Below are positions 9,934 to 19,839 of a DNA stretch of 64,000 nt, piece after piece. A program made the position numbers and the translations under genes. The first letter of the stretch is position 1, and each line of letters begins with the position of its first letter. The notes beneath the pieces are model-generated. The model saw only the letters and a list, made by a program, of their open reading frames with translations. It ran no database searches and was not told the DNA's origin. The stretch comes from Oscillospiraceae bacterium (GTDB taxonomy: Bacteria > Bacillota > Clostridia > Oscillospirales > Ruminococcaceae), in NCBI GenBank assembly GCA_017847885.1, contig JAGAUA010000011.1:16770-80769 (forward strand), given 5' to 3'.

Positions 9934-11700
9934 TCAATTCATCGCCGTATAAAGCTTGTAGTAGTCGCCCTTTTTCGCCATAAGCTCGTCATGTGTTCCG
10001 CACTCCTTTATGCCCCGGTCGGAAACATACATTATCTTGTCGCAGTTCTTTATTGTGGACAGACGGTGTGCGATAATGAACGATGTTCTTCCCTCAAGAA
10101 GCCTTTGAAGTCCCTCCTGCAAAAGCTTTTCCGTTTTTGCGTCAATGGAGGAGGTCGCCTCGTCAAGCACAAGTATCTTCGGGTCGCTGATAAGGGTTCT
10201 CGCAAAGGCGATAAGCTGTCTCTGTCCCTGTGAAAGCATTGAACCGCCCTCGTTTATGACGGTGTCATAGCCGTTGGGGAATTCTCTGATAAACTCGTCG
10301 GCGCACACCGTCTTGCACGCCCTTACTATCTCCTCATGGGTCGCGTCAAGCTTTCCATAGCGGATATTTTCCTCGATAGTACCGCTGAAAACAACGCTGT
10401 CCTGAAGCATTATACCCATCTGCGAGCGGAGCGATTTAAGCGTAACATCGGAAATATCGTGTTCATCCACAAGCACCCTGCCCCCGTTAACGTCGTAGAA
10501 ACGGGAGATAAGGTTAACAATAGTGGTCTTGCCTGCGCCCGTAGGCCCAACAAGTGCAACGTTCTCGCCCTTTTTTACGCTGAATGAAAGGTTTTCCAAT
10601 ATGGTCTTGCTCTCGTCGTATGCAAAGGTCACATTTTCAAAGCGGACATTTCCCTCAATACGTGGAAGCTCCTCGGCGTTCTCCTTGTCGTTTACCTTTA
10701 TCGGCTCGTCAAGGGTCTCGAAAATTCTTTCAAGGTATGATACCGCATTAACAAAGTTGTTGAACAGGTTTGCAAGGTTAAGTATCGGCTGCCAGAAGCG
10801 TGAAGCATACCCCGACATTGCAACGATAGTACCGAGAGAGACCGACGCAGGTCCTATTACAAGCAGTCCCACAAAGTAAATGGACGCGGCGATTACTGCG
10901 GATATCGTGTCAACGGTAGGCCAAAGCAGGTTGTTGTATGTAACTGCCTTCATCCAGCTTGTGCGGTACGCCTCGGAAAGCCTGCTGAATATCTCCGCAT
11001 TTTCCTCCTCACGGGCAAAAAGCTGGGTGACCTTTACGCCCACAAGTCCCTCGTGAAGATATGCGTTAAGGTTTGAGCTTTTGTTGTTTACCGTCTGCCA
11101 TGCCTTGCGCTGCCTGTTCTTTATAAACATTATCACCGCCATAAGCACGGGTACTCCGGCAAGTATCACAAGCGCCATTTTCCAGTGCATCGCAAACATG
11201 AACACTATAATGAAAACCAGGTTGAAAAGCTCAAGCACAAAGGTGATGATACCGTTTGAAAGGGTATCGGAAACGCTGTTTACATAGTTGATGATACGCA
11301 CAAGGATTTTTCCGTGGGGACGGCTGTCGTAATACTCAAAGGAAAGCCGCTGGAGATGCTCGAAAAGGTCTGTGCGTATGTCAAAAATGATGTCCTGACC
11401 CACCTTGGTCATAATGCGCGAGCGTATGGTGGAAAAAATAATGTTCACCGCTATCGTCATAAGCAGCAGCACCGCAAGAAGTATAAGCTGCTTTATATTG
11501 CCGCTTGGAATGGTGTTGTCTATGGCGTACTGCGTGATAACGGGAGCAAAAAGCCCGATTATTACCGCAGCCGCACTAAGCCCGAGGGAAAGTATCATAC
11601 GCCATTTGTAACGCCCCACATATATCATTGCGCGTTTAAGGTGCCGTATGTCAAAAGGGCTTTCAAGATTTTCGTCAACGTCAAATTTATTTCTTGCCAT
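9934..11700 (-). CDS. ABC exporter, fused permease/ATPase (heterodimer partner)
   Basis: Six-TM N-terminal domain plus NBD (GPTGAGKTT, LSQGQRQLIAFAR, LVLDEATSSID). Confidence 0.9.
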   Translation of the reverse strand: MARNKFDVDENLESPFDIRHLKRAMIYVGRYKWRMILSLGLSAAAVIIGLFAPVITQYAIDNTIPSGNIKQLILLAVLLLMTIAVNIIFSTIRSRIMTKVGQDIIFDIRTDLFEHLQRLSFEYYDSRPHGKILVRIINYVNSVSDTLSNGIITFVLELFNLVFIIVFMFAMHWKMALVILAGVPVLMAVIMFIKNRQRKAWQTVNNKSSNLNAYLHEGLVGVKVTQLFAREEENAEIFSRLSEAYRTSWMKAVTYNNLLWPTVDTISAVIAASIYFVGLLVIGPASVSLGTIVAMSGYASRFWQPILNLANLFNNFVNAVSYLERIFETLDEPIKVNDKENAEELPRIEGNVRFENVTFAYDESKTILENLSFSVKKGENVALVGPTGAGKTTIVNLISRFYDVNGGRVLVDEHDISDVTLKSLRSQMGIMLQDSVVFSGTIEENIRYGKLDATHEEIVRACKTVCADEFIREFPNGYDTVINEGGSMLSQGQRQLIAFARTLISDPKILVLDEATSSIDAKTEKLLQEGLQRLLEGRTSFIIAHRLSTIKNCDKIMYVSDRGIKECGTHDELMAKKGDYYKLYTAMN

Positions 11701-11713
11701 TCAGCTCACCCCT

Positions 11714-13468
11714 TTACTCAATGCTCCCGTGCTGGAGATTGTATATTTCTGTATAGTATCCGTCCTTGTTTTTCAGCAGCTCCTCGTGAGTGCCCATTTC
11801 GGATATTTTGCCGTCCTTGAGAATGATTATCTTGTCCGCGTCCTTGGCAGAGGATATTCTCTGGGCAATGATAATTTTGGTGCAGTCAAAATCCAGATTT
11901 GCAAGATTTTCCTGTATCTGCTTTTCCGTTTCAAGGTCAACAGCGGAAGTCGTGTCGTCCAGAATAAGTATGGACGGACGTATCGCAAGGGCTCTTGCAA
12001 GAGATATTCTCTGCTTCTGACCGCCCGAAAGTCCCACGCCGCGCTCGCCCACGATTGTGTCGTAGCCGTCATTCAGCTTGGTGATAAAGTCATCCGCGTC
12101 GGCAGCCTTTGCAAAGGTGCGTATGTCCTCGTCGGGCATATCGCTTTTGCCGAAAGCAATGTTTCCGTCAATGGTATCCGACCAGAGAAGCACATCCTGC
12201 ATAGCCATGCCGATATTGCTTCTGAGGGTTTTCAGCTTTATGTACCTCACGTTTACCCCGTCCACAAGCACTTCCCCCGAAGACGGGTCGTAAAGCCTTG
12301 CGATAAGGTTGACAAGGGTGGTCTTTCCCGAGCCTGTTTCGCCCATTATCGCCACGGTCTCGCCTGCGTTTATCTTGAAGCTTATATTTTCAAGCACGTT
12401 TCCCGAGTCATACTTAAAGGAAACATTTTTGAACTCGATATCGCCTTTAAGGTGTTCGGGCATATCCTTTGCGTCGGCACGGTCAACGATAAAGGGACGG
12501 GAGTAGTATACCTCAATAATTTTTGAAGCGGAAGCCATGAACCGCTGGAGGTCGTTAATGAGCGTGCCCACGTTTCTCATGGGGTTGGAAAGAGACCAGA
12601 TAAGACCGCTATACGCGATAAATTCGCCCATTGTAAGCCTGCCCGATATTACGAAAATACCGCCTGCGATAAGGTGAACTATGGTAAGTCCCTGAGCGGT
12701 AATTTCAATGAAGGGGAAGTATTTCAGCCACGTCATTGCCGCGTCCTTGTTCGCCTTGGCATACTCCGTATTCTTTTCCTGAAAGCTCTTTATTTCGTAG
12801 TCCTCACGGGCAAAGGCACGGACTACCCTGTTGCCTGCGATATTTTCCTGGGCACGGGTGTTAAGCTGTGAAAGCCTCTCGCGCAGGTCCACATACTTGG
12901 GGCCCACCTCTTTGCGGAACACGCCCGTTATAATGAATATCAGCGGCGTAAGCGCAAGCAGACAAAGCGCCATAAGAGGGTCAAGGATAAAAAAGTATAT
13001 CGTAGTCGTGGTGAAAAGCACTATGCTTTCAAGCAGGGTCTTGATTATCCACGCAACGCTGTGCCGCACCATATCAAGGTCGCCCGAAAGACGGGTCATA
13101 AGGTCGCCCGTGCTGTTGCGGTCATAGAAGGTCATATCCTGCTTCTGAACGTTTGCAAAGAGGTAGTTCCTGATACGCGACAGCATACTCTGGGAGCATT
13201 TTTCGTAGAGCATATTGGAGCTGAACTGGAGTATCGTTCTTACCAGCGTGAACAGAATCATTCCTCCGCAGAGCATGATAAGCAGGCGGCTGTTGTTTGC
13301 AAGGTTTTCCGCAGCATTTTCGCTGTAAATAAAGGTATCGACGATCTTCTGTCCGAAAACGGGATTTGTGAGATACATCATCTGCGTGATAACAGACAGA
13401 CAGAGCGCAAGGATATACCTTCCGCGGCAGCCCTTTAGGTTTTCCCAGATCCACTTTATCTGGAACAT
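11714..13468 (-). CDS. ABC exporter, fused permease/ATPase (heterodimer partner)
   Basis: TMD plus NBD (GETGSGKTT, LSGGQKQRISLARA, LILDDTTSAVD). It is 13 nt upstream of the partner gene. Confidence 0.9.
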   Translation of the reverse strand: MFQIKWIWENLKGCRGRYILALCLSVITQMMYLTNPVFGQKIVDTFIYSENAAENLANNSRLLIMLCGGMILFTLVRTILQFSSNMLYEKCSQSMLSRIRNYLFANVQKQDMTFYDRNSTGDLMTRLSGDLDMVRHSVAWIIKTLLESIVLFTTTTIYFFILDPLMALCLLALTPLIFIITGVFRKEVGPKYVDLRERLSQLNTRAQENIAGNRVVRAFAREDYEIKSFQEKNTEYAKANKDAAMTWLKYFPFIEITAQGLTIVHLIAGGIFVISGRLTMGEFIAYSGLIWSLSNPMRNVGTLINDLQRFMASASKIIEVYYSRPFIVDRADAKDMPEHLKGDIEFKNVSFKYDSGNVLENISFKINAGETVAIMGETGSGKTTLVNLIARLYDPSSGEVLVDGVNVRYIKLKTLRSNIGMAMQDVLLWSDTIDGNIAFGKSDMPDEDIRTFAKAADADDFITKLNDGYDTIVGERGVGLSGGQKQRISLARALAIRPSILILDDTTSAVDLETEKQIQENLANLDFDCTKIIIAQRISSAKDADKIIILKDGKISEMGTHEELLKNKDGYYTEIYNLQHGSIE

Positions 13469-13645
13469 TTTTATTCCCCCTTTGGTTACGTAAAATTATA
13501 TCAAAGTATATCATTACTTTTTTGAATATATAGAGACTTATTGCGAAAAAATTGTTAAATACACGTTTATTTTTTCACGATAACGTTTAAGATTTCACTT
13601 AACCGTTTAAGTTTTTTCGGCACGGAATAACTGTATTGAAGCGTA

Positions 13646-13674
13646 TTGAAAAAAAGGTTGATATGTGGTATAAT
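13646..13674 (+). promoter_or_regulatory. SigA-type promoter for maf
   Basis: TTGAAA-17 nt-TATAAT with an extended -10 (TGgTATAAT). Confidence 0.6.
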
Positions 13675-13707
13675 ATTGGTATACTTTTTCGAAACGAGGA
13701 CTTTGAA

Positions 13708-14268
13708 ATGAGAGTAATTCTTGCCTCCGCGTCGCCAAGACGAAGGGAGCTTCTGAAATATGCCGTACCCGAATTTGACGTTATCCCTGCGGACATAGAT
13801 GAGACCCTCCCCGGGGATACCCCTGCCGAAAAAAGTGCGGAATATCTTGCCGTGAAAAAAGCAAGGCACATCGCCGAACTTTACCCCGACAGCCTTGTTA
13901 TCGGCAGCGACACCGTTGTCATCTCCGAGGGGGAAATACTCGGCAAGCCCCGTGACGAGGCGGACGCGGCACGTATGCTGAAAAAGCTGTCGGGCAAGAC
14001 CCACTCCGTTATAACGGGCGTATGCGCTGTCTGCGGCACAAAATGCGAGAGCTTTTCTCAGGAAACACGGGTGAAATTCTACCCCCTCAGCGATGATGAG
14101 ATAGCGGCATACATCGCCACGGGAGACCCCATGGACAAGGCAGGCGCGTACGGCATACAAAGCGGCGGCTGTATTCTTGCCGAGAGCATAGAGGGGGACT
14201 TTTTCAATGTGGTGGGTCTGCCCGTTGCCGGACTGAAAAGGCTGTTGGACGAAAAATTCCTGCGGTAA
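13708..14268 (+). CDS. maf: Maf-family nucleoside triphosphate pyrophosphatase / septum formation inhibitor
   Basis: MRVILASASPRRRELL, GSDTVV, GKP, AGAYGIQ. I chose the start at 13708, which follows AACGAGGA. Confidence 0.9.
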   Translation: MRVILASASPRRRELLKYAVPEFDVIPADIDETLPGDTPAEKSAEYLAVKKARHIAELYPDSLVIGSDTVVISEGEILGKPRDEADAARMLKKLSGKTHSVITGVCAVCGTKCESFSQETRVKFYPLSDDEIAAYIATGDPMDKAGAYGIQSGGCILAESIEGDFFNVVGLPVAGLKRLLDEKFLR

Positions 14269-14335
14269 AATTTTGCGTCTTGCCATACACAAGAATATGT
14301 GTTATAATTAGACAGATTTATTTTAAACGAAAAGA

Positions 14336-14971
14336 GTGATCATTTTGAAACGCTTTATTGACATTTTCCTCCGCGCGGTAATGACGGGCTTTATGATCGG
14401 CATCGGCGGAGCGGTTTATCTTTCCTGCGACAACAAATACGTTGGCTCCTTCCTTTTTGGCACGGGACTTTTCGTAATTCTCACCTTCGGCTTTAACCTC
14501 TTTACGGGAAAGGTGGGATACGCGGTCGAAAACAAGCCGTCTTACATAATTGACCTTATCGTGATATGGCTGGGAAATCTGGTGGGTACGGCGGCAATGG
14601 GCGGTATGCTCCTCTGCACGAGAATTTCGGGCATCGGCGAAAAGGCGGCAGACATCTGCAATGTTAAGTTTGCGGACAACCTGCTCAGCATTTTTATTCT
14701 CGCATTTTTCTGCGGTATGCTCATGTTCATCGCCGCGGACGGCTTCAAGAAAATCGAAAATCCCGTGGGAAAAATGCTTGCGGTTTTCCTGCCCGTTATG
14801 GCGTTTATCCTCAGCGGCTACGAGCACTGCATTGCCAATATGTTCTACTTCACCGTTGCTCGGGTTTGGTCGCTGAACACCTTGGGATACCTTATGGTAA
14901 TGACCCTCGGCAACGCATTCGGCGGAATGTTCATACCCTTTGTGAGAAAGGGCTTTGCGGAAAATAAGTAA
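14336..14971 (+). CDS. Formate/nitrite transporter (FNT) family channel, short form
   Basis: Hydrophobic protein with FNT-like motifs (LFTGKVGY, SGYEHCIANMFYF). GTG start as given by the ORF track. Confidence 0.7.
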   Translation: MIILKRFIDIFLRAVMTGFMIGIGGAVYLSCDNKYVGSFLFGTGLFVILTFGFNLFTGKVGYAVENKPSYIIDLIVIWLGNLVGTAAMGGMLLCTRISGIGEKAADICNVKFADNLLSIFILAFFCGMLMFIAADGFKKIENPVGKMLAVFLPVMAFILSGYEHCIANMFYFTVARVWSLNTLGYLMVMTLGNAFGGMFIPFVRKGFAENK

Positions 14972-14981
14972 GTGAAAAACA

Positions 14982-15030
14982 ACACGGGCGGATACAGCAG
15001 CTTAACTGTATCCGCCTGTGTTATTTTTTA
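14982..15030 (+). terminator. Rho-independent terminator
   Basis: ACACGGGCGGATACAG-loop-CTGTATCCGCCTGTGT followed by TATTTTTTA. Confidence 0.7.
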
Positions 15031-15107
15031 CGATATGTCCGAGGACATTTTCAACTCTCAAAATTTGCTGAAACAATTTGTGATTTATAAAAAAATTCCA
15101 AAATCCA

Positions 15108-15136
15108 TTGACTTTTATTGAATATAGTGATACAAT
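15108..15136 (+). promoter_or_regulatory. SigA-type promoter of the BFD-like mini-gene
   Basis: TTGACT-17 nt-TACAAT. Confidence 0.55.
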
Positions 15137-15206
15137 AAATTTAATCGGTATATCTCTGCTGATAATAAAAATATACTTACAAAATATAATAGGAGGCTTT
15201 TAAATT

Positions 15207-15401
15207 ATGGAAGATAGAGTTATATGCCATTGCATGAATGTTTCTTATTCAGATGTTGAAAAGGTACTTCATGAAAGCAAGTCATTTTCAGATGTTGAAA
15301 AGGAATTTGAGGAAATACAGAAGATCACTCATTGTTCAACAGGCTGCGGCGGCTGTCACGATGAAATTCTGGACGCTATATCTGAAATTATGAGTAAGTA
15401 A
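15207..15401 (+). CDS. BFD-like [2Fe-2S]-binding domain protein (64 aa)
   Basis: CHC...CSTGCGGC cysteine pattern typical of the BFD-like domain. RBS AGGAGG lies 9 nt upstream. Confidence 0.75.
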   Translation: MEDRVICHCMNVSYSDVEKVLHESKSFSDVEKEFEEIQKITHCSTGCGGCHDEILDAISEIMSK

Positions 15402-15411
15402 TATAAAAACT

Positions 15412-15444
15412 GGAGGTTCAAATCTGAACCTCCTTTATTTTTTT
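15412..15444 (+). terminator. Rho-independent terminator
   Basis: GGAGGTTCA-aatc-TGAACCTCC followed by a T-run. Confidence 0.75.
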
Positions 15445-15502
15445 CATTCCGTAACAAGTTATAATAATACTAATTCCTAATCTCCTAATAGACAAAGTAT
15501 AA

Positions 15503-15589
15503 GAACCAATTAAAAAGTATACAAAAAATCAAGCAAAAGCTTGCGTATATGGATTTTGCGCAGATTTTTTGTCTATACTTTTATTGGTT
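15503..15589. repeat. AT-rich imperfect inverted repeat abutting the recG stop codon
   Basis: AACCAATTAAAAAGTATACAAAAAATC (15503-15530) pairs with GATTTTTTGTCTATACTTTTATTGGTT (15563-15589). Confidence 0.5.
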
Positions 15590-15596
15590 ATTAGTA

Positions 15597-17642
15597 TTAA
15601 AGTGCCTCCGCCGCATTTCCGTTTTGCGTGAACAGCGCGTCAACCTCGGCTTTCAGCGCAGGATACTCCGACAAATCTGGGCTTTTTTCAAGCAGCGTTT
15701 TTGCCGCCCTTTGACAGCAGGCAAGAAGTTCCCTGTCCGCGGCAATATCCGCGATTTTCAGGTCGGGAAGACCGTGCTGACGGTTGCCGAAAAAGTCGCC
15801 TGCACCGCGCATTTTCAGGTCGTACTCCGAAATCTCAAAGCCGTCCGATACCTTTGTCATGACCTCAAGCCGCTGCCGTGATTCCTCCGTGACCGTGCCT
15901 GCAATAAGCACGCAGTAGCTTTTGTACTGTCCCCTGCCAACCCGTCCGCGGAGCTGGTGAAGCTGGGAAAGCCCAAAGCGGTCGGCGTTTTCTATGACCA
16001 TAACCGTTGCGTTGGGGACGTCCACCCCTACCTCCACCACCGTCGTTGCCACAAGCAGATCCAGCTCATGCGCCTTGAACGCCGCCATTACCCTGTCCTT
16101 TTCCGCGGCAGGCATCTTTCCGTGGAGCAGACCTATTCTGCAATCCGCAAGTGCCGTCTTTTTCAGCATTTCGGCATACCCCTTTGCCGCCGCAAGCTCG
16201 TTTTCGTTTTCCTCTATCATCGGGCAGACGATATACCCCTGCCTGCCCTCGTCAAGCTGCTTTTTCACAAAGCCGAGAGCCCGCTCACGCAGCTTTGCCG
16301 TTACCGCAAAGGTCTCTATCTTCTGCCGTCCCTTGGGAAGCTCGTTCAGCACAGATATGTCCAGATCGCCGTAAATTATCAGCGCAAGCGTACGGGGTAT
16401 GGGCGTTGCCGACATAACAAGGCGGTGAGGGTTGTTGCCCTTTCCTGCAAGAGCCGCCCTTTGGTTTACGCCGAAGCGGTGCTGCTCATCGGTAATAACC
16501 AGCCCCAGCCGTTGAAATTCCGTGTCCGCAGATATCAGCGCATGAGTGCCCACCGCAACAGAGTATGTTCCGTCCCCGATTTTTTCGGCAGTATCCGTCC
16601 GCTGCTTTTTCGTCATTGAGCCTGTCACGCGGCACACCCTTACGCCCAAAGGCTCCAGCATATCCGAGACCGTGCGGAAATGTTGTTCGGCAAGTATTTC
16701 CGTTGGCGCCATAAGCGCGGTCTGGAAGCCGTTTTTTGCCGCCAAAAAAGCCGCCGCCGCCGCGACTGCGGTCTTGCCCGAGCCCACGTCACCCTGCACA
16801 AGCCTGTTCATGGGCGAGTCTCCGCACATATCCTTTATAATGTCCTCCACGGCACGCCTTTGCGCCCCTGTCATTTCAAATGGCAGCGCGGCGTAAAACC
16901 GTGCCGTTTCCTTTTCCATAGGCAGCATTTTGCAGCCGTTTTCGGTACGGGTGCGGCTTTTTATCATTATCATGCCAAGCTGCAATCTCAGCAGCTCGTC
17001 AAAGGCAAGCCGCCTTTTTGCAAGCTCCGCGGCGTGTTCGTCCTTTGGAAAATGAATACTCCGCAGGGCGTACTCCAAAGTGGAAAGTGCGTACTCCATG
17101 CGTATCTCGTCGGGCAGAGCGTCGGCAAAAAAGCTTTCCTCCGCATTTGCAAGGACTTCCGAAACGTTGGTCGTGACCATAGCCGCCGTCAGCCCCTCGG
17201 TGAGGGGGTAAACGGGGCGAAGCAGATTTTTCTCCTCCGCGCTGATAACTGTCGGAGAGTTCATCTCCTTCCGCGTAAAATTGCCGCTCACCTTTCCGCT
17301 GAAAAGGTACTCCTGCCCCTCGTGAAGCGCGTCCGCGGCAAAACGGTTGTTGTAGTATGTCACGGTAATGCGACTTCCGCCCTCGTCCTCGGCAACGATT
17401 TTGTACAGCACCAAGCCTTGGCGTATCCGCGCGGCAGGCATTTTTTTCACGACCATAGCCTTTATTACGGCGTGCTGACCGATTTCCGCAGCGTCCGCAG
17501 ACACCTGAGCCGAATAGTCCGTATACCGTCTCGGGAAATGAAATATCAGGTCTCCCACGGTGTTTATCCCGATTTTTCCGTACAAAGCCGCTCTCTTTTC
17601 GCCCACGCCCTTCAGCTCGCGGATAGGTGTGTTTCTGTTCAT
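15597..17642 (-). CDS. recG: ATP-dependent DNA helicase RecG
   Basis: Wedge domain plus helicase motifs (GDVGSGKT, DEQHRFG, SATPIPRT, QLHQLRGRVGRG). I chose the start at MNRNTPIRELKGVG (17642). Confidence 0.93.
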   Translation of the reverse strand: MNRNTPIRELKGVGEKRAALYGKIGINTVGDLIFHFPRRYTDYSAQVSADAAEIGQHAVIKAMVVKKMPAARIRQGLVLYKIVAEDEGGSRITVTYYNNRFAADALHEGQEYLFSGKVSGNFTRKEMNSPTVISAEEKNLLRPVYPLTEGLTAAMVTTNVSEVLANAEESFFADALPDEIRMEYALSTLEYALRSIHFPKDEHAAELAKRRLAFDELLRLQLGMIMIKSRTRTENGCKMLPMEKETARFYAALPFEMTGAQRRAVEDIIKDMCGDSPMNRLVQGDVGSGKTAVAAAAAFLAAKNGFQTALMAPTEILAEQHFRTVSDMLEPLGVRVCRVTGSMTKKQRTDTAEKIGDGTYSVAVGTHALISADTEFQRLGLVITDEQHRFGVNQRAALAGKGNNPHRLVMSATPIPRTLALIIYGDLDISVLNELPKGRQKIETFAVTAKLRERALGFVKKQLDEGRQGYIVCPMIEENENELAAAKGYAEMLKKTALADCRIGLLHGKMPAAEKDRVMAAFKAHELDLLVATTVVEVGVDVPNATVMVIENADRFGLSQLHQLRGRVGRGQYKSYCVLIAGTVTEESRQRLEVMTKVSDGFEISEYDLKMRGAGDFFGNRQHGLPDLKIADIAADRELLACCQRAAKTLLEKSPDLSEYPALKAEVDALFTQNGNAAEAL

Positions 17643-17715
17643 ATGGGACGTCCTTTCGTACAAAAACGGGGACCGCTGCAACCTGCTGCAACAGTCCCCT
17701 GTTATGTATACTTGA

Positions 17716-18798
17716 TTAGTTGTTGTTGCCGAAAATGTCAATAAGCGCGGAATAATCGTCAATTGCAGAGGAAGCCTTAGGTGCTTCTGCCTCGCCGCGT
17801 GCAGCCGCCTCGTCAGCCTTAATGACCGTGCCCGAAGTCATGCCCTTGAAGCCGGAAGCAATAACGGTAATATTTATCTCGTCGTTCATGTTCTCGTCAA
17901 ATCTTGCACCGAAAATGAACTCAACATCGGGGTCAGCCGCCTCGGTAATAAGCTTTGTAGCCGTGTCGATGTCGGTAGAAAGCGTATCCTCGGACATAAC
18001 GATATCAACAAGCAAACGTGTAGCGCCGCTGATAGAGGTCTCAAGGAGCGGGCTGGAAATAACAGCGTTTGCAGCCTCGGCAGCCTTATCCTTGCCCGAA
18101 CCGTGACCGATAGCCATGTGAGCGTAGCCTGCGTTCTTCATGGTAGTCTCAACGTCTGCAAAGTCAAGGTTGATGAAGCCTTCAACGGTGATAAGCTCGG
18201 CAATGGACTTAACGCCCGTTTTGAGGATATTATCAGCAAGAGAGAAGCTTTCCTTCATTGTAAGGGGCTTGTCGCTTGTGGAAATGAGGCGCTCGTTAGG
18301 GATAACAACGAGGGAGTCAACGTGCTTCATAAGCTCGCCGATACCGCGTTCAGCCTGTGCCATTTTAGCCTTCTGCTCAAAGTTAAAGGGCTTTGTTACC
18401 ACTGCAACGGTAAGGATATCCATTTCCTTTGCTATCTCGGCAACAACGGGAGCAGCGCCCGTGCCCGTACCGCCGCCCATACCTGCGGCAATAAATACCA
18501 TTGTAGCGCCTTTAAGAGCCGCAGCAATTTCGTCGCGGTTTTCCTGAGCGGAGCGTTCGCCTATCTCAGGCTTGTTGCCCGCGCCGCGTCCTCTTGTAAG
18601 CTTTTCGCCTATCTGGACCTTGGTAGAAGCCTTTGAGGAACGAAGTGCAGCCGCGTCGGTGTTTACAGCAACGAATTCAACGTCGAAAATGCCCTCTTTA
18701 GTCATGCAGTTGAGCGCGTTTCCGCCGCCGCCGCCGACACCCACGACTTTTATATTGATATCGGAAAAGATTTCCTCGTTATCCACCGCAAAACCCAT
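17716..18798 (-). CDS. ftsZ: Cell division GTPase FtsZ
   Basis: GGGTGTGAAPV tubulin signature, NTDAAAL, and a conserved C-terminal peptide. Confidence 0.98.
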   Translation of the reverse strand: MGFAVDNEEIFSDINIKVVGVGGGGGNALNCMTKEGIFDVEFVAVNTDAAALRSSKASTKVQIGEKLTRGRGAGNKPEIGERSAQENRDEIAAALKGATMVFIAAGMGGGTGTGAAPVVAEIAKEMDILTVAVVTKPFNFEQKAKMAQAERGIGELMKHVDSLVVIPNERLISTSDKPLTMKESFSLADNILKTGVKSIAELITVEGFINLDFADVETTMKNAGYAHMAIGHGSGKDKAAEAANAVISSPLLETSISGATRLLVDIVMSEDTLSTDIDTATKLITEAADPDVEFIFGARFDENMNDEINITVIASGFKGMTSGTVIKADEAAARGEAEAPKASSAIDDYSALIDIFGNNN

Positions 18799-18858
18799 TG
18801 TAACGTCCTCCTAAATTAAAATTCTATATAAATTACTTAATTACGATACACAACATTT

Positions 18859-18887
18859 ATTTTAACATACTTTTGCACACATTTCAA
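18859..18887 (-). promoter_or_regulatory. SigA-type promoter upstream of ftsZ
   Basis: Minus strand TTGAAA-17 nt-TAAAAT. Confidence 0.5.
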
Positions 18888-18934
18888 GGGTTTTCTGAAA
18901 AAAACCTTACTTTTAGAAATATTTACAAAAAAAC

Positions 18935-19819
18935 CTATTCAAAATTAAGCTTTGTTGAAGCGTTTGTCTCAGAAGCGGTGTTTTCCGACGTTTCGGACGC
19001 TTCCGTTTCGGCTTGCTGCGAGGTTTCCATACTAATTTTACGGTTTTCCTCGATCTGCTCAAGGTCAGCCTTGCTTAGGAACTGTGCGCCGTCCTCCAGC
19101 ATTTTCAGCCTGCCCTCGGCGTCGGGGGAAATTTTGGTTGAAAGTATCTCCTTTGCAAGCCTGAACTTGTAGTCGATATCGGAAACAACGCCAAGCTGTA
19201 TGTCTATCCTGTCCTCGTAAACACAGCTTATGTTGAGCCTGTCGGTCACGTCAAAGGAAGTTATCTTCGAAACGAAATCCGAGTCCATATATCCCATAAG
19301 CTTGTAAATAACATCGGTCTTGTGTTCATCCTCCGAAGCAAAGGTCATGCCCACAGCCATACCCTCGGCAGGGTTCACGCCGTAAAAAACGGGAATATCC
19401 TCAACGGGAGCCTCCACGCTTCTGAGTATCTTTCCCTCGGCGCTTACCACGAAAAAGCCGTCCTCATTCTGAAAGCACGCCGTTTCGGTACACGGGGTAA
19501 TCACTATCTCAACCGATGACGGAAGCACGCGGCTTATCTCCGCCTTTTCGATATAAACAAGCTGCTCAACGATGTTCTTCTCTGCCTTGCCGAGATTTTT
19601 GCGTATCATGTTGTCGCCGCCTTTTATTCCGCCTGCCGCGATTATCTCCTCTGCGGAATAAATGGACGAGCCGATGATATTTGCCGACTCTATGTTAAAA
19701 AAGACCGTCACGGAAAGCACGGCGAATATTACCGTAACGATAAGCGCCACCGTTCCGTAATAAAGCGACATATTCCGCTTTTGCCGCCGCTGTCCGCGTA
19801 CGGATGCTGCGTTCTGCAT
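18935..19819 (-). CDS. ftsQ: FtsQ/DivIB-type cell division protein
   Basis: Single N-terminal TM helix, POTRA/FtsQ-like body and an acidic Ser/Thr/Glu tail. Its position is immediately upstream of ftsZ. Confidence 0.75.
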   Translation of the reverse strand: MQNAASVRGQRRQKRNMSLYYGTVALIVTVIFAVLSVTVFFNIESANIIGSSIYSAEEIIAAGGIKGGDNMIRKNLGKAEKNIVEQLVYIEKAEISRVLPSSVEIVITPCTETACFQNEDGFFVVSAEGKILRSVEAPVEDIPVFYGVNPAEGMAVGMTFASEDEHKTDVIYKLMGYMDSDFVSKITSFDVTDRLNISCVYEDRIDIQLGVVSDIDYKFRLAKEILSTKISPDAEGRLKMLEDGAQFLSKADLEQIEENRKISMETSQQAETEASETSENTASETNASTKLNFE

Positions 19820-19839
19820 TTTATGCTCACGCTCCTTTT

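Noticed and set aside
13567-14292. 241-aa ORF antisense to maf
   Set aside because: It overlaps the whole maf gene and its consensus promoter, and has no motifs.
15549-15881. 110-aa plus-strand ORF spanning the inverted repeat and the recG 3' end
   Set aside because: It starts in the AT-rich repeat without an RBS and is otherwise antisense to recG.
16680-17744. 354-aa ORF (and others) antisense to recG
   Set aside because: It is the shadow frame of a conserved helicase gene, and Arg/His-rich.
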